Source: Rickettsiales bacterium (GTDB lineage: Bacteria; Pseudomonadota; Alphaproteobacteria; Rickettsiales; UBA3002). Taken from it: a stretch of 57,549 nucleotides of DNA. The position numbers were made by a program, and so were the translations under genes. How positions within the stretch are numbered: position 1 is the stretch's first letter; the number at the start of each line of letters is the position of its first letter. The notes under the pieces were generated by a model. It searched no databases, was not told where the DNA came from, and saw only the letters and a list, made by a program, of their open reading frames with translations. Positions 47,562 to 57,549 of the stretch are shown in pieces. The stretch is taken from contig JBIISI010000001.1 in NCBI GenBank assembly GCA_044341105.1, positions 1 through 57,549 of the forward strand, written 5' to 3'.

Positions 47562-47938
47562 CTATGGTCGCGCACAGCGCGTTGCTGCTGGGATTGAACC
47601 TGTTCCATGATGGAGTAAATGGTCTGCGGATCGGCGTTGAGTGCATGGGCATGCGCCCAGTTCGCAATGGCGTTTGCGGCGGCGAGCCGTGTGGTCGGTG
47701 TAAAAAGATGGGAGCCGGGGATGGTAGCTGCGGGCAAATGCGCGTTTAGCTCGAATGCAATCGCGTCGCTCGTTTTGTAAAACCCCTCTTCGCCGAAATA
47801 GCGAATGAGATGCCCATTGCCAATGCGTTGCACATTCCCTTCCGGCGCACCTTCGTCGGGTAGTTTGTTCTGGTCGTAGAGGCCGACCGTAATGAACTGC
47901 GCCATGAGGCCGATATAGTTGTAAGCCGAATCATCCAT
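47558..47938 (-). CDS. Hypothetical protein (126 aa), distant paralog of the 47995-48360 ORF
   Basis: ATG ORF in an AT-rich islet with no TM or signal peptide. Stop overlaps the trmB stop by 4 nt. Preceded by the 38-nt repeat. Confidence 0.6.
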   Translation of the reverse strand: MDDSAYNYIGLMAQFITVGLYDQNKLPDEGAPEGNVQRIGNGHLIRYFGEEGFYKTSDAIAFELNAHLPAATIPGSHLFTPTTRLAAANAIANWAHAHALNADPQTIYSIMEQVQSQQQRAVRDHS

Positions 47939-47953
47939 GCCCCGCTTATAGCG

Positions 47954-47991
47954 CGGGATTGTGTCAGTCTGATGACGGAAATGGTTTTTTA
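47954..47991 (-). repeat. Conserved 38-nt intergenic element, copy 1
   Basis: Plus strand CGGGATTGTGTCAGTCTGATGACGGAAATGGTTTTTTA. It is 37/38 identical to 48377-48414 and lies 16 nt upstream of the 126-aa ORF start. Confidence 0.85.
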
Positions 47992-47994
47992 AGC

Positions 47995-48360
47995 TTAGAG
48001 GCTTCTCGTATCAAAGCGATCAATGGTCATCATGCAGGTGTAGAGAGATTTTCCATCGGCGTGAAATCCCAGGCTTTCAAAGTAAGTAGCGATTTTGTTC
48101 GAAAGTGCATGCATGGCAAGCGGTGTTAAGCGAGCCTTTGCAACAGAATCGTTCGCGGGCAAAGCATCTTTGATCATTTCTTTGATGTGATGTTCAATGT
48201 TTTCCGACCGATCACTGGTGGAGAGGTATTTTTCAACACGTGCTTTGTGTGTGTCATCGCGTGGGGCGCTGTCGGCGGAATCAAAAATACCCATGTTATC
48301 GAGTGCTACGTATGTCGTAACAACATAAGCGATTTCTGGGCTGTAGGTATCCGTTTCCAT
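47995..48360 (-). CDS. Hypothetical protein (121 aa), distant paralog of the 47558-47938 ORF
   Basis: ATG ORF in the most AT-rich part of the window. Soluble and acidic. Preceded by the 38-nt repeat. Confidence 0.6.
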   Translation of the reverse strand: METDTYSPEIAYVVTTYVALDNMGIFDSADSAPRDDTHKARVEKYLSTSDRSENIEHHIKEMIKDALPANDSVAKARLTPLAMHALSNKIATYFESLGFHADGKSLYTCMMTIDRFDTRSL

Positions 48361-48376
48361 GGAACAGCTATTAACA

Positions 48377-48414
48377 CGGGATTATGTCAGTCTGATGACG
48401 GAAATGGTTTTTTA
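48377..48414 (-). repeat. Conserved 38-nt intergenic element, copy 2
   Basis: Plus strand CGGGATTATGTCAGTCTGATGACGGAAATGGTTTTTTA. It begins with the stop codon of the upstream membrane-protein gene and ends 16 nt upstream of the 121-aa ORF start. Confidence 0.85.
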
Positions 48415-49032
48415 GCGCCCGCGGCGCATCATCTGGTAATTCAGCAGCCCGGCGGCGATGCTGGAGGGGATGTCGAGGATGAGCAGCTTGGCGATTTCTT
48501 CGGCACCGCGCGTTTCGCGGCCACGGTGGTCTTTCGGCAGCATGGGCTTTACCAGTGGGTAAATGGCTTTTTGCAGGGCGGGCAGGGCGTTGGGCGCCAA
48601 CTGGTCGATGAGCATGATGCAGCCCAGCGAGCCCGCCACGCCCACGGTTTTGCCAAACACTGCCTGTTTGACTTCCGACGGATGGAACGAGCCCTCGACC
48701 GCCAGCTGCAGGGGAATATGCGCGATAAACCCGGCGGCAATCATGCCCGCGCCCTTGACCAGCAGCGATGCGCGCTGCTGCGCGGCTTTGGCGATGGTAT
48801 CCGGGCTGTCGGCGGGGTGCTTGCGTTGCAATGAGGGGCCAATGAAGTGGCGGGCCACGAAGTCGCGCGCCGGGGCGATCAGCCGCGGGTGGTGTTCCAT
48901 CACCAGCAGCGCGCCCATGGAAACGGCGGTGCTGGCACCTTCGGCGAAGGCGATGGGGGCAATCGAACTGTTTTTTGCGGTCGTCATGGGGCGATATAGG
49001 CCCAGTATAGCCCGCATGTGTGACAGTTTCAT
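48412..49032 (-). CDS. Hypothetical membrane protein (about 190-206 aa)
   Basis: High-GC ORF with about 4 hydrophobic segments (for example GAGMIAAGFIAHIPLQLAV and IAKLLILDIPSSIAAGLLNY). The track ORF runs into the rimP promoter and 5' region, so candidate starts are 49032, 49017 or 48987. Confidence 0.55.
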   Translation of the reverse strand: MKLSHMRAILGLYRPMTTAKNSSIAPIAFAEGASTAVSMGALLVMEHHPRLIAPARDFVARHFIGPSLQRKHPADSPDTIAKAAQQRASLLVKGAGMIAAGFIAHIPLQLAVEGSFHPSEVKQAVFGKTVGVAGSLGCIMLIDQLAPNALPALQKAIYPLVKPMLPKDHRGRETRGAEEIAKLLILDIPSSIAAGLLNYQMMRRGR

Positions 49033-49150
49033 GAATGCCGCCCCGGATTCTGCTTGCAAAAGCGCTGCCTGTTGCGTATATCCCTCGCAACATTCACATA
49101 CATCCGGCAAGAGGTGGCTCGAAAGAGGCGCCTTTTTTATTGGGAAAATC

Positions 49151-49645
49151 ATGGCCACGCTGATTGAGAAAATTGAAGCATTGCTCACCCCCTCCATCGA
49201 GGAGTTGGGGTTCGAGGTGGTGCAGGTGAAATTCATCGAGGGCAATAAATCGAAGCTGCTGCAGATTATGGCGGAAAAGCCCGATGGCAGCATGAATGTC
49301 GATCATTGCGCCGAAATCAGCAACCATGTGAGTGCGATCCTCGATGTGGAAGACGTGATTCCCGGCCATTACCGGCTGGAGATTTCCTCGCCCGGTATCG
49401 ACCGCCCGCTGGTGCGCCACAAGGATTATGAGAGCCATCTCGGCCACCTCGCCAAGATCGAGCTGACGCTGCCGGTGGAAGGCCGCAAGCGCTACACCGG
49501 TACGCTGAAAACGCTGATTGGTGACCTTCTTACCATTGAGGTCGACGGCAAGCCCGTTGTGCTTGATCTGAACGATATCCAGTCGGCGAAGCTGGTGCTG
49601 ACCGATGCATTGATTAATGAACACCTGAAAAAACAAGCCGAGTAG
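49151..49645 (+). CDS. rimP: Ribosome maturation factor RimP
   Basis: MATLIEKIEALLTPSIEELGFEVV... and LEISSPGIDRPL, the RimP signature. Directly precedes nusA. Confidence 0.92.
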   Translation: MATLIEKIEALLTPSIEELGFEVVQVKFIEGNKSKLLQIMAEKPDGSMNVDHCAEISNHVSAILDVEDVIPGHYRLEISSPGIDRPLVRHKDYESHLGHLAKIELTLPVEGRKRYTGTLKTLIGDLLTIEVDGKPVVLDLNDIQSAKLVLTDALINEHLKKQAE

Positions 49646-49654
49646 GAGTCTAGT

Positions 49655-51169
49655 ATGGCCGTTTCCCAAGTTATCCATGGCAGCACCGAGATGCTGCAAA
49701 TCGCCGATGCCGTGGCACGCGAGAAAAACATCGAGCGCGACCAGGTGCTGGAGGCGATGGAAAATGCAATCCAGATCGCGGGCCGCAAGAAATACGGTGC
49801 CGAGCATGATATCCGTTCGGTGATCGACCGCAAAAACGGCGCGATTTCGCTCTACCGTGTCATCACGGTAGTTGAGGAAGTCGATCCCGAACTGCAGGCC
49901 CAGCAAATGACGCTGGCCGATGCGCAGAAAAAACACAAAGGCCGCGAACTGGAAATCGGCTCGGAAATCCGCGACGAACTGCCGCCGATCGATTTCGGTC
50001 GTGTCGCCGCGCAGACCGCGAAGCAGGTGATCGTGCAGAAAGTGCGCGATTACGAGCGCGAGCACCAGTTCGAAGAATTCAAAGACCGCGTGGGCGAAAT
50101 CGTGAACGGTACGGTCAAGCGCATGGAATACGGCAACGTGACGGTGGATTTTGGCCGCGCCGAAGCCGTGATCCGCAAGGATGAACTCATCCCGCGCGAA
50201 AACTTCCGCACCGGCGACCGCATCCGCGCCTATATCTTCGATGTGCGCCGCGAGAAAACCGGCCCGCAAGTGTTCCTGAGCCGAACCCGCCCGGAATTCA
50301 TGGCGAAGCTGTTCATGCAGGAAGTGCCCGAGATTTACGACGGCATCATCGAGATCAAGGCCGTGGCGCGCGACCCCGGCAGCCGTGCGAAAATCGCGGT
50401 GCAAAGCAACGACCCGAGCGTCAACCCCGTGCTGTCGTGCGTGGGTGTTCGCGGTTCGCGCGTGCAGGCGGTGGTTTCCGAACTGCAGGGCGAGAAAGTC
50501 GACATCGTGCAATTCGCCGAAGACCCTGCGACCTTCGTGGTGAACGCGCTCTCCAGCGCTGAGGTAAGCAAAGTGGTGATCGACGAAGATTCGAACCGCA
50601 TCGAAGTGGTAGTGCCCGACGATCAATTGTCGCTCGCCATTGGCCGCCGCGGCCAGAACGTGCGCCTCGCTGCCCAGCTCACCGGCTGGAGCATCGACAT
50701 CCTCACCGAGGAAACCGAATCTGAGCGCCGCACGCAGGAATTCAACCGCCTGAGCGAGCTGTTCGTGGAAGCGCTGAACGTGGAAGAAGTGATCGCGCAC
50801 CTGCTGGTGACCGAAGGCTTCAGCAGCGTGGAAGAAGTGGCGTATGTGCCGGTCGAAGACCTCGCCGATATCGAAGGATTTGACGAGAACGTGGCCGAGG
50901 AACTGCGCAACCGCGCGCAGGAATACCTCGACACCAAAGAGGCCGAAACCACCAAGAAACTCAAGGATCTGGGCGTGGAAGACGCGCTCATTAACCTTGA
51001 AGGGCTGGATATTGAGATCGTCGAAAAACTGGCGGGCGAGGGCATCAAATCGCTCGACGATTTCGCCGGTCTCGCGACCGACGAATTCTTCGAGATCGTG
51101 CCCAAATCCGGCCTCAGCCGCGACGAGGTGGAAGCCATGATCATGAAACAGCGCGAGGCATGGTTCTAA
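49655..51169 (+). CDS. nusA: Transcription termination/antitermination factor NusA
   Basis: 504 aa with N-terminal domain, S1, KH1/KH2 and C-terminal HhH repeats. TAGGAG RBS. Confidence 0.97.
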   Translation: MAVSQVIHGSTEMLQIADAVAREKNIERDQVLEAMENAIQIAGRKKYGAEHDIRSVIDRKNGAISLYRVITVVEEVDPELQAQQMTLADAQKKHKGRELEIGSEIRDELPPIDFGRVAAQTAKQVIVQKVRDYEREHQFEEFKDRVGEIVNGTVKRMEYGNVTVDFGRAEAVIRKDELIPRENFRTGDRIRAYIFDVRREKTGPQVFLSRTRPEFMAKLFMQEVPEIYDGIIEIKAVARDPGSRAKIAVQSNDPSVNPVLSCVGVRGSRVQAVVSELQGEKVDIVQFAEDPATFVVNALSSAEVSKVVIDEDSNRIEVVVPDDQLSLAIGRRGQNVRLAAQLTGWSIDILTEETESERRTQEFNRLSELFVEALNVEEVIAHLLVTEGFSSVEEVAYVPVEDLADIEGFDENVAEELRNRAQEYLDTKEAETTKKLKDLGVEDALINLEGLDIEIVEKLAGEGIKSLDDFAGLATDEFFEIVPKSGLSRDEVEAMIMKQREAWF

Positions 51170-51199
51170 GGAGCCGCGCACGGGTGGGCCGGGCCAGCA

Positions 51200-51790
51200 A
51201 TGGTTCGGCCTGCCGCGCTGAATCATTGCATGAAAGCCAGCCCCGAACGTAGTTGCATCATCACCCGGGAAACGCGCAATAAGCGCGAGCTTTTGCGGTT
51301 CGTGGTGTCGCCGGAGGGGGTGCTGGTGGCCGATCTTTCCGGCAAGCTGCCGGGGCGCGGCATCTACACCCTGCCATCGCGCCTGACGGTGGCTGAGGCC
51401 ATCGCCAAAAAAGCCTTCCCGCGCGCCGCGAAAGAAGCCGTGCGCATTCCCGACGGGCTGCTTGACACGATCGAGAATCAACTGGCCCGCCGCGTGGCCG
51501 ATGCGCTTTCGCTGGCGCGCAAGGCGGGGCAGGTGGTGACCGGCTTCGAGAAGGTCGATGAAACCGTGAAAACCGGCCGCGCCGCCGCGCTCATTCACGC
51601 CAGCGACGCCAGCGAAGACCAGGTGCGCAAACTGCGCGATGCGGAAATTCCCACCTTCCGGGAATTGCCGCGCGAGGTATTGTCGCAGGTGCTGGGGCGC
51701 GAAAACGCGGTACATGTGGCCGTGCTGGAAGGCCCGGCGGCCACGCTTTTTATTGAGGCAGCGCGCCGTTTTGCTTTCTTTCTTGCCTGA
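51200..51790 (+). CDS. YlxR/DUF448-type RNA-binding protein fused to an L7Ae-like domain
   Basis: ERSCIITRETRNKRELLRFVV and LPGRGIY (the DUF448 signature), then a ribosomal L7Ae-like half. Between nusA and infB. Alternative start at 51230. Confidence 0.85.
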   Translation: MVRPAALNHCMKASPERSCIITRETRNKRELLRFVVSPEGVLVADLSGKLPGRGIYTLPSRLTVAEAIAKKAFPRAAKEAVRIPDGLLDTIENQLARRVADALSLARKAGQVVTGFEKVDETVKTGRAAALIHASDASEDQVRKLRDAEIPTFRELPREVLSQVLGRENAVHVAVLEGPAATLFIEAARRFAFFLA

Positions 51791-51838
51791 ACTGCTCTAT
51801 AACGCGGCACCTTTTGCTGTAAACTGCTGGAAAACACC

Positions 51839-54418
51839 ATGTCCGATAACGATAATAACTCGAAAAAAGAAGCGCTTAAATTGTCGAGTCCGAGCACGCT
51901 CTCGCTGACAAAGACGCTCGATGCCGGCAAGGTGAAGCAGAACTTTCAGCGCGGCCGCAGCAAGACCGTGACGGTGGAAGTGAAAAAAACCCGCACCTTC
52001 GCCCGCGGCACGGGCGGCATGGTGGAAGTGGATCGCGGTGCGAGCGAAGCCACCAAGCAGCGCATGCTGAACCAGGCCGAGCGCGAGGCGCGCCTGCGCG
52101 CCCTGCAGCAAGCCGAAAAAGCCGCCGACGAGCGTGAGCAGGCCACCGCCAATTTCGCCCCGGCCGAACTGGAAGATGAAGAAGACGATTTTGTGGAAGC
52201 CGCGCCTGAAGGCGAAGTGGCCGAAGAAGCGGGCGCCGAAGCGCCTGCCTCTCCCAAAGCGGCTGCGCCGAAGCCCGCCACTGTGCGCACCCCGCTCGAC
52301 GAACTGGCCGCGCGCAATCTTGAGCGCCTGAAAAACGCGCCGAGCAACGCCAGCGCCGCCGCAAAGCCGGCAACGACTGTGAAACGCGCGCCGAGCTTCG
52401 GCCCCGCGAAAGTGGCCGGTGCCGCCGAGCAGGAAGCCGACAAGCGCAAAGCACGCGCCACGCAGGGCGCGGAAGATGAATACCGCCGTTCGGGCAAGCT
52501 CACCATCAGCCAGGCGCTGGGCATGGGCGATGACGAAATCCGAATGCGTTCGCTCTCGGCCGTGAAGCGCCAGCGCGCGAAAGTGAAGGGCAAGAGCAAC
52601 ATTATTCCCAGCTCGATGCAGGAAAAAATCATCCGCGACGTGCAGATTCCCGAAGCCATCACCGTGCAGGAACTCGCCAACCGCATGGCCGAGCGCGCGG
52701 TGGATGTGATTAAGGAGCTGATGAAGCTTGGCACCATCGCCACTGTGAACCAGGCGATTGATACCGACACCGCCGAAATCATCGTGGAAACCTTCGGTCA
52801 CCGCGCCAAACGCGTGAGCGATGCTGATGTGGAAGATCATCTGGTGGAAGATGCCGATACGGATGCGACAATGCAGTCGCGCCCGCCAGTGGTTACCATC
52901 ATGGGCCACGTGGATCATGGCAAAACCTCGCTGCTCGATGCGCTGCGCAAAACCGACGTGGTGGCAGGCGAGGCCGGTGGCATTACCCAGCATATCGGCG
53001 CGTATCAGGTCGAGATTCCGAGCGGTGAGAAAATCACCTTCCTCGACACGCCCGGCCACGAAGCCTTCACCGCCATGCGCGCCCGCGGCGCGAAAGTCAC
53101 CGATATCGTGATTCTCGTGGTCGCGGCCGATGACGGCATCATGCCGCAAACGCAGGAAGCGATCAGCCACGCGAAAGCGGCGGGCGTGCCCATCATCGTG
53201 GCCGTCAACAAAATCGACAAACCGGAAGCCGACGCGCAAAAAGTGAAAACCGCGCTGATGAATTATGAACTTGTGCCCGAAGAATTCGGTGGCGATATCA
53301 TGGTGGTGGAAGTGTCGGCCAAGCAGCGCATCAACCTCGACAAACTGCTGGAAGCCGTGCTGCTGCAGGCCGAAGTGATGGAACTGAAGGCCAACCCCGA
53401 CCGCCGTGGTTCGGGTTCGGTGGTGGAAGCCCGCATCGACAAAGGCCGCGGCACGGTGGCGACGCTGCTGGTGCAGCGCGGCACCCTCTCGGTGGGCGAT
53501 ATTGTGGTCGCCGGTTCCAGCTATGGCCGCGTGCGTGCGCTCATCAACGATAAAGGGCAGGACGTGAAAGAAGCGGGCCCCAGCGTGCCGGTGGAAATCC
53601 TCGGCCTGGATGCACCGCCGGAAGCGGGCGATGAATTCGCCGCCGTGGAAAGCGAAAAAGCCGCGCGCGACATTGTGGAATACCGTCGCCAGAAAGAGAA
53701 AAACCGCGTTACCGCCGCCAACACCAAGTCGGTTGACCAACTGTTCGCGATTGCCGGTAAAACCGCCGCCAAAGAACTGCCGATCATCGTGAAGTCGGAC
53801 GTGCATGGCTCGGCGGAAGCCATCGTCGGCTCGATGCATAAATTCCACGACGAAGAAGTGAAAGTACGCGTGCTGCTCTCGGGCGTCGGTGCGATCACCG
53901 AATCGGACGTGACGCTGGCGCAGGCCACCGGCGCGATGATCCTTGCGTTCAACGTGCGCGCGGTGCCGAAGGCCAAAGAGCTGGCACAGCAGCAGAAGGT
54001 GGATATCCGTTATTACAGCATCATCTATAACCTGATCGACGACGTGAAAGCGGCGCTGTCGGGCATGCTGGCGCCGGAGTTGCGCGAAGATTTCATCGGC
54101 TACGCCGAAATCCGCGAAGTGTTCAACATCACCAAAGTCGGCAAAGTGGCAGGCTGCATGGTGACCGATGGTGTCATCAAGCGCGGCTGCAAAGTGCGCC
54201 TGCTGCGCGACAACGTGGTGATCCACGAAGGCACGCTGAAAACGCTGAAACGCTTCAAGGACGAAGTGAAAGACGTGAAGCAGGGCTTTGAGTGCGGCAT
54301 GGCGTTTGAAAGCTACGACGACATCCGCGCCGGCGACATGATCGAGTGCTTTGAGGTGCAGTCCTTCGCCCGTACCGTCGAGCAGAAAAAAGCCGAACCG
54401 TCGCAGGCTTCGGCATAA
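51839..54418 (+). CDS. infB: Translation initiation factor IF-2
   Basis: 859 aa. Low-complexity N-terminus and GTPase motifs [20 protein letters not shown] and NKID. Confidence 0.97.
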   Translation: MSDNDNNSKKEALKLSSPSTLSLTKTLDAGKVKQNFQRGRSKTVTVEVKKTRTFARGTGGMVEVDRGASEATKQRMLNQAEREARLRALQQAEKAADEREQATANFAPAELEDEEDDFVEAAPEGEVAEEAGAEAPASPKAAAPKPATVRTPLDELAARNLERLKNAPSNASAAAKPATTVKRAPSFGPAKVAGAAEQEADKRKARATQGAEDEYRRSGKLTISQALGMGDDEIRMRSLSAVKRQRAKVKGKSNIIPSSMQEKIIRDVQIPEAITVQELANRMAERAVDVIKELMKLGTIATVNQAIDTDTAEIIVETFGHRAKRVSDADVEDHLVEDADTDATMQSRPPVVTIMGHVDHGKTSLLDALRKTDVVAGEAGGITQHIGAYQVEIPSGEKITFLDTPGHEAFTAMRARGAKVTDIVILVVAADDGIMPQTQEAISHAKAAGVPIIVAVNKIDKPEADAQKVKTALMNYELVPEEFGGDIMVVEVSAKQRINLDKLLEAVLLQAEVMELKANPDRRGSGSVVEARIDKGRGTVATLLVQRGTLSVGDIVVAGSSYGRVRALINDKGQDVKEAGPSVPVEILGLDAPPEAGDEFAAVESEKAARDIVEYRRQKEKNRVTAANTKSVDQLFAIAGKTAAKELPIIVKSDVHGSAEAIVGSMHKFHDEEVKVRVLLSGVGAITESDVTLAQATGAMILAFNVRAVPKAKELAQQQKVDIRYYSIIYNLIDDVKAALSGMLAPELREDFIGYAEIREVFNITKVGKVAGCMVTDGVIKRGCKVRLLRDNVVIHEGTLKTLKRFKDEVKDVKQGFECGMAFESYDDIRAGDMIECFEVQSFARTVEQKKAEPSQASA

Positions 54419-54457
54419 CACTGGTGCTTTGCAGCAACCACGGGGGGAGAGGGTAGA

Positions 54458-54859
54458 ATGTCGCAACAGCATGCATCCAAGCCGCCAACCCAGCGCCAAC
54501 TGCGCGTGGGCGAAGAATTACGCAACGCGCTGGCGAAAATTTTTGCCCATGGCGAAACCCATGTGCCGGTGCTGGATTCCAGCTCGATCACCGTGTCGGA
54601 AGTGCGCATCAGCCCCGATTTGAAAAACGCGACGGCCTATGTCATGCCGCTGGCCGCCAAGAATAAAGACGCCGTTATGGCGGCGCTGAAGGAACATGCG
54701 GGCCGCATCCGCTCGCTGATCTCGAAGGAAGTGGTGTTGCGCGCCGTGCCGCGCATTGGCTATAAGCTGGATGTGAGCTACGAGAACGCCAACCGCATTG
54801 CGGAGCTGCTGAATTCCGAGCGTGTGCGCGCGGATGTCGAAAAACCGGGCGATGAGTAA
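54458..54859 (+). CDS. rbfA: Ribosome-binding factor A
   Basis: 133 aa. RVGEELRNALAKI and VTVSEVRISPDLKNATAYV are RbfA motifs. Confidence 0.93.
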   Translation: MSQQHASKPPTQRQLRVGEELRNALAKIFAHGETHVPVLDSSSITVSEVRISPDLKNATAYVMPLAAKNKDAVMAALKEHAGRIRSLISKEVVLRAVPRIGYKLDVSYENANRIAELLNSERVRADVEKPGDE

Positions 54860-55772
54860 ATCACGCAACGCGATTCACGGCTGGATTAACCTGCACAAGC
54901 CGCTGGGCATGAGTTCCGCGCAGGCGGTGGGCAAGGTGAAATGGCTGCTGAAACCCACCAAAATCGGCCATGCGGGCACGCTTGATCCGCTCGCCACCGG
55001 CGTATTGCCGCTGGCGCTGGGCGAGGGCACCAAATGCGTGAACCTGCTGATGGACGCAAAGAAAACCTATGAATTCGATGTGATGTTCGGCGAAACGCGC
55101 AGCACTGGCGACGCTGAAGGCGAGGTCATCGTGACCAGCGACCGCATGCCGGACGAAACGGAAATCCGCGCCGTATTGCCACGTTTCACAGGCCTGATTC
55201 GCCAGAACCCGCCCGCTTATTCCGCCCTGAAGATCGATGGCAAGCGCGCCTACGAGCTCGCCCGCGCCGGCGAGGAAGTGGTGCTGAAAGAGCGGGAAGT
55301 GACGATTTATGCGCTGGAGTTTTTAGGTGTGTCATCCCGGCGCGATGACGATAGTAGAGTGGTGGCCAGCTTCCGAGCCACGGTTTCCAAAGGCACCTAT
55401 ATCCGCTCGCTGGGGCTGGATATCGCCCGTGCGTGCGGGGCCGAGGGCTATATTTCGCGGCTACACCGGGCGGCGGTCGGGCCTTTTTCCGACACCCACG
55501 CGATTTCGCTGGATTTTTTGGAAAAATCAGCGCATAAGCCCCCATCCCCCGGGGCAGACTTCGAGGGAATCCTGCCGCTAAGCGTGGCGCTGGACGACAT
55601 CCCGGCGCTCTCACTGACGGCACAGCAGGCACAAACCCTGCGCCACGGCCAGCAACCGCCGACCGATTCACCCGACCTGCCGCTTGCTGCGGCCATGCTG
55701 GGGGAACAAATGGTCGGGCTGGTAAACGTGGAGCGGGGGCGCATCATCGCCCAGCGCCTGCTGAACCTTTAA
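54852..55772 (+). CDS. truB: tRNA pseudouridine(55) synthase
   Basis: [39 protein letters not shown] (catalytic Asp) and SKGTYIRSL. Start overlaps the rbfA end by 8 nt. Confidence 0.93.
   Translation: MSKSRNAIHGWINLHKPLGMSSAQAVGKVKWLLKPTKIGHAGTLDPLATGVLPLALGEGTKCVNLLMDAKKTYEFDVMFGETRSTGDAEGEVIVTSDRMPDETEIRAVLPRFTGLIRQNPPAYSALKIDGKRAYELARAGEEVVLKEREVTIYALEFLGVSSRRDDDSRVVASFRATVSKGTYIRSLGLDIARACGAEGYISRLHRAAVGPFSDTHAISLDFLEKSAHKPPSPGADFEGILPLSVALDDIPALSLTAQQAQTLRHGQQPPTDSPDLPLAAAMLGEQMVGLVNVERGRIIAQRLLNL
55331..55349. repeat. Short family A-like palindrome inside truB
   Basis: GTCATC-CCGGCGC-GATGAC has the same GTCATCCCGG start as the 4806 element. It encodes SSRRDDD in a variable TruB loop. 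Confidence 0.35.
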
Positions 55773-55795
55773 CCCGATGTCGTGGAAGAAAAACT

Positions 55796-56065
55796 ATGTC
55801 GATTACTGCTGAACGCAAGCAATCCCTGCTGCAAGAACACGCCACCGCCAAAGGCGATACCGGTTCGCCGGAAGTCCAGGTGGCCCTGCTCACCGAGCGC
55901 ATCAACAACCTCACCGAGCATTTCAAAACCCATAACAAAGACCACCATTCGCGCCGTGGTCTGCTGAAAATGGTATCGTCGCGCCGTTCGCTGCTCGACT
56001 ACCTGAAAAAGAAAGACCAGAAGCGCTACAGCGCATTGATCGAAAAACTCGGTCTGCGTAAATAA
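55796..56065 (+). CDS. rpsO: 30S ribosomal protein S15
   Basis: 89 aa. [38 protein letters not shown] is canonical S15. Confidence 0.97.
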   Translation: MSITAERKQSLLQEHATAKGDTGSPEVQVALLTERINNLTEHFKTHNKDHHSRRGLLKMVSSRRSLLDYLKKKDQKRYSALIEKLGLRK

Positions 56066-56070
56066 TAACG

Positions 56071-56110
56071 AACGGGCGGGGGTGGTGTACTCTCCCGCCC
56101 GTTTCATTTC
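56071..56110 (+). terminator. Intrinsic terminator/attenuator hairpin between rpsO and pnp
   Basis: Perfect 10-bp stem AACGGGCGGG / CCCGCCCGTT with a 13-nt loop, followed by TCATTTC. Confidence 0.65.
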
Positions 56111-56220
56111 AGACCAGTACACACACAGGCTCCCGCCTGATAGGTCGCGGATATATTTTGCGGTTGCTGCATTCATAGGGAACGCAGCGGTAGGGAAAGG
56201 GAGAGAAAAAAGGACTGACT

Positions 56221-57549
56221 ATGTTTACCATTACCAAAAAATCCATTGAGTGGGCAGGCCGCACGCTTACCTTAGAGTCGGGCCGCATTGCCCGCCAAGC
56301 CGACGGCGCGGTGCTCGTGACCTATGGCGATACCGTTGTGCTTTGCGCCGTGACGGCTGCAAAAGCGCCGAAGCCGGATATCGACTTCTTCCCGCTTACC
56401 GTGAACTACATCGAAAAAACCTACGCTGCGGGCAAAATTCCCGGTGGCTTCTTCCGCCGTGAAGGCCGCCAGAGCGAGAAAGAAATCCTCGTTTCGCGCC
56501 TGATCGACCGCCCGATCCGCCCGCTGTTTGCGGAAGGTTTTTACAACGAAGTGCAAGTAGTTTGCACCGTGGTGAGCCATGACCTTGAAAACGATTCCGA
56601 CATTCCGGCGCTGATCGGCGCTTCGGCTGCCCTCACCATTGCCGGCGTTCCCTTCATGGGCCCGGCGGGTGCCGCCAAAGTGGGCCGCGTCGACGGCCAG
56701 CTGGTGCTGAACCCGATGATGTCGCAACTGAAAGAATCCGACCTCGACCTCGTGGTCGCCGGTACCCAGACCTCGGTGCTGATGGTGGAATCGGAAGCGA
56801 AAGAACTGAGCGAAGAGCAAATGCTTGAGGCGGTAAGCTTCGGCCATAAAGGCTTCCAGCCGGTGATCGAACTCATCATCGCCTTCGCTGAAGACTGCGC
56901 GAAAGATGCATGGGAACACACCGTGCCGGAATACGATGCCGCGCTGGTGTCGGGCATTAAGGCGGTGTCGGAAGCGAAGCTGCGCGAAGCCTACACCAAA
57001 ACGGTGAAGCAAGACCGCGTGGCTGCGATCAACGAAGCGAAGAAAGCTGCTAAAGAGAAATACGTGACCGGTATCGAGGGGGCGCCGAACGAGAAACTCG
57101 TCGGTGCGATCCTTAAGAAAGTGGAGCAGGACATCGTTCGTTCCGCCATCGCCAAAGACAAAGCGCGCATCGATGGCCGCAACCCCGAGCAGATCCGCCC
57201 CATCGTGGTGGAAGCGTCGGTGCTGCCGCGCACGCACGGTTCGGCGCTGTTCACCCGCGGTGAAACGCAAGCCCTCGTGGTTGCCACCCTCGGCACCTCG
57301 CAGGACGAGCAGATGATCGACGCCATCGAAGGCAAATACGACGAGCATTTCATGCTGCATTACAACTTCCCTCCCTACTCGGTAGGTGAAGCGGGCCCGC
57401 TGCGCGCGCCCGGTCGCCGTGAGCAGGGCCACGGCAAGCTGGCATGGCGCGCCGTGCGTCCGCTGCTGCCGACGAAGGAAGAATTCCCCTACACGCTGCG
57501 CGTGGTATCGGAGATCACCGAATCCAACGGTAGCTCGTCGATGGCAACG
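56221..57549 (+). CDS. pnp: Polyribonucleotide nucleotidyltransferase (PNPase), N-terminal 443 codons; continues past the right edge
   Basis: Manual translation gives [44 protein letters not shown]...[36 protein letters not shown]. The frame is open to the window end. Confidence 0.96.
   Translation, partial: MFTITKKSIEWAGRTLTLESGRIARQADGAVLVTYGDTVVLCAVTAAKAPKPDIDFFPLTVNYIEKTYAAGKIPGGFFRREGRQSEKEILVSRLIDRPIRPLFAEGFYNEVQVVCTVVSHDLENDSDIPALIGASAALTIAGVPFMGPAGAAKVGRVDGQLVLNPMMSQLKESDLDLVVAGTQTSVLMVESEAKELSEEQMLEAVSFGHKGFQPVIELIIAFAEDCAKDAWEHTVPEYDAALVSGIKAVSEAKLREAYTKTVKQDRVAAINEAKKAAKEKYVTGIEGAPNEKLVGAILKKVEQDIVRSAIAKDKARIDGRNPEQIRPIVVEASVLPRTHGSALFTRGETQALVVATLGTSQDEQMIDAIEGKYDEHFMLHYNFPPYSVGEAGPLRAPGRREQGHGKLAWRAVRPLLPTKEEFPYTLRVVSEITESNGSSSMAT

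Noticed and set aside
47939-48414. Possibility that the repeated 38-nt spacers are integron attC sites, with the small ORFs as gene cassettes (a CALIN-like array).
   Set aside because: Neither strand shows the RYYYAAC / GTTRRRY core sites or the extended imperfect palindrome expected of attC. No integrase is present in the window.
49094-51715. 873-aa ORF antisense to rimP-nusA-ylxR. Similar long antisense ORFs occur at 51797-54499 (opposite infB), 26527-28221, 8609-10957, 21425-22711, 45626-46894 and 56272-57432.
   Set aside because: They are mirror frames of strongly recognisable genes in high-GC DNA, where stop codons are rare on the antisense strand. The translations are Arg/Ala/Gly/His-rich low-complexity strings with no motifs, and the sense-strand products are unambiguous.
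1-57549. tRNA, rRNA, tmRNA, CRISPR arrays, transposases, integrases and prophage genes.
   Set aside because: Scanning the intergenic spacers by eye, I saw no T-loop/acceptor-like tRNA structures and no regularly spaced direct repeats. I also saw no ORF with DDE, tyrosine or serine recombinase or phage structural motifs. The only regular repeats are the REP/MITE-like elements reported above.

Overview
High-GC, very gene-dense chromosomal segment with about 56 CDS and almost no spacer DNA. It looks alphaproteobacterial, inferred from gene order as I remember it, not from a search. It is dominated by core housekeeping blocks. These are trmFO; gcdH, an alpha/beta hydrolase and dadA; cobB and bcp; glnE; an AsmA-like protein; tyrS; anmK; and cysE. 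There is a complete ISC Fe-S operon (iscR, nifS-like desulfurase, iscS, iscU, iscA, hscB, hscA, fdx) and a complete biotin cluster (bioB-bioA divergent from bioF-bioH-bioC-bioD). The rest is tsaB, miaB-phoH-ybeY-corC-lnt-HTH-metK-trmB, and rimP-nusA-ylxR-infB-rbfA-truB-rpsO-pnp. I saw no rRNA, tRNA, CRISPR array, transposase, integrase or recognisable defence, toxin or secretion gene cluster.

The non-core content has three parts. (1) Four visibly AT-richer islets carry unassignable ORFs: 1.6-2.7 kb, the pilin-like gene at 17.0-17.8 kb, 19.3-19.7 kb and 47.6-48.4 kb. (2) Two families of palindromic REP/MITE-like repeats are present, and some sit inside coding sequence. (3) A few membrane genes are tightly coupled to known operons.

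The most unusual signal is at 47.6-48.4 kb. Two strongly diverged tandem paralogs are each preceded by a 37/38-identical intergenic element. I did not find a clear-cut new multi-gene system. The findings are ranked candidates, not demonstrated systems.

Start codons were refined from the ORF track by frame arithmetic and inspection of start and RBS context. All function calls come from my own recognition of the translated sequences, with no database search. GC statements are by eye, not computed.
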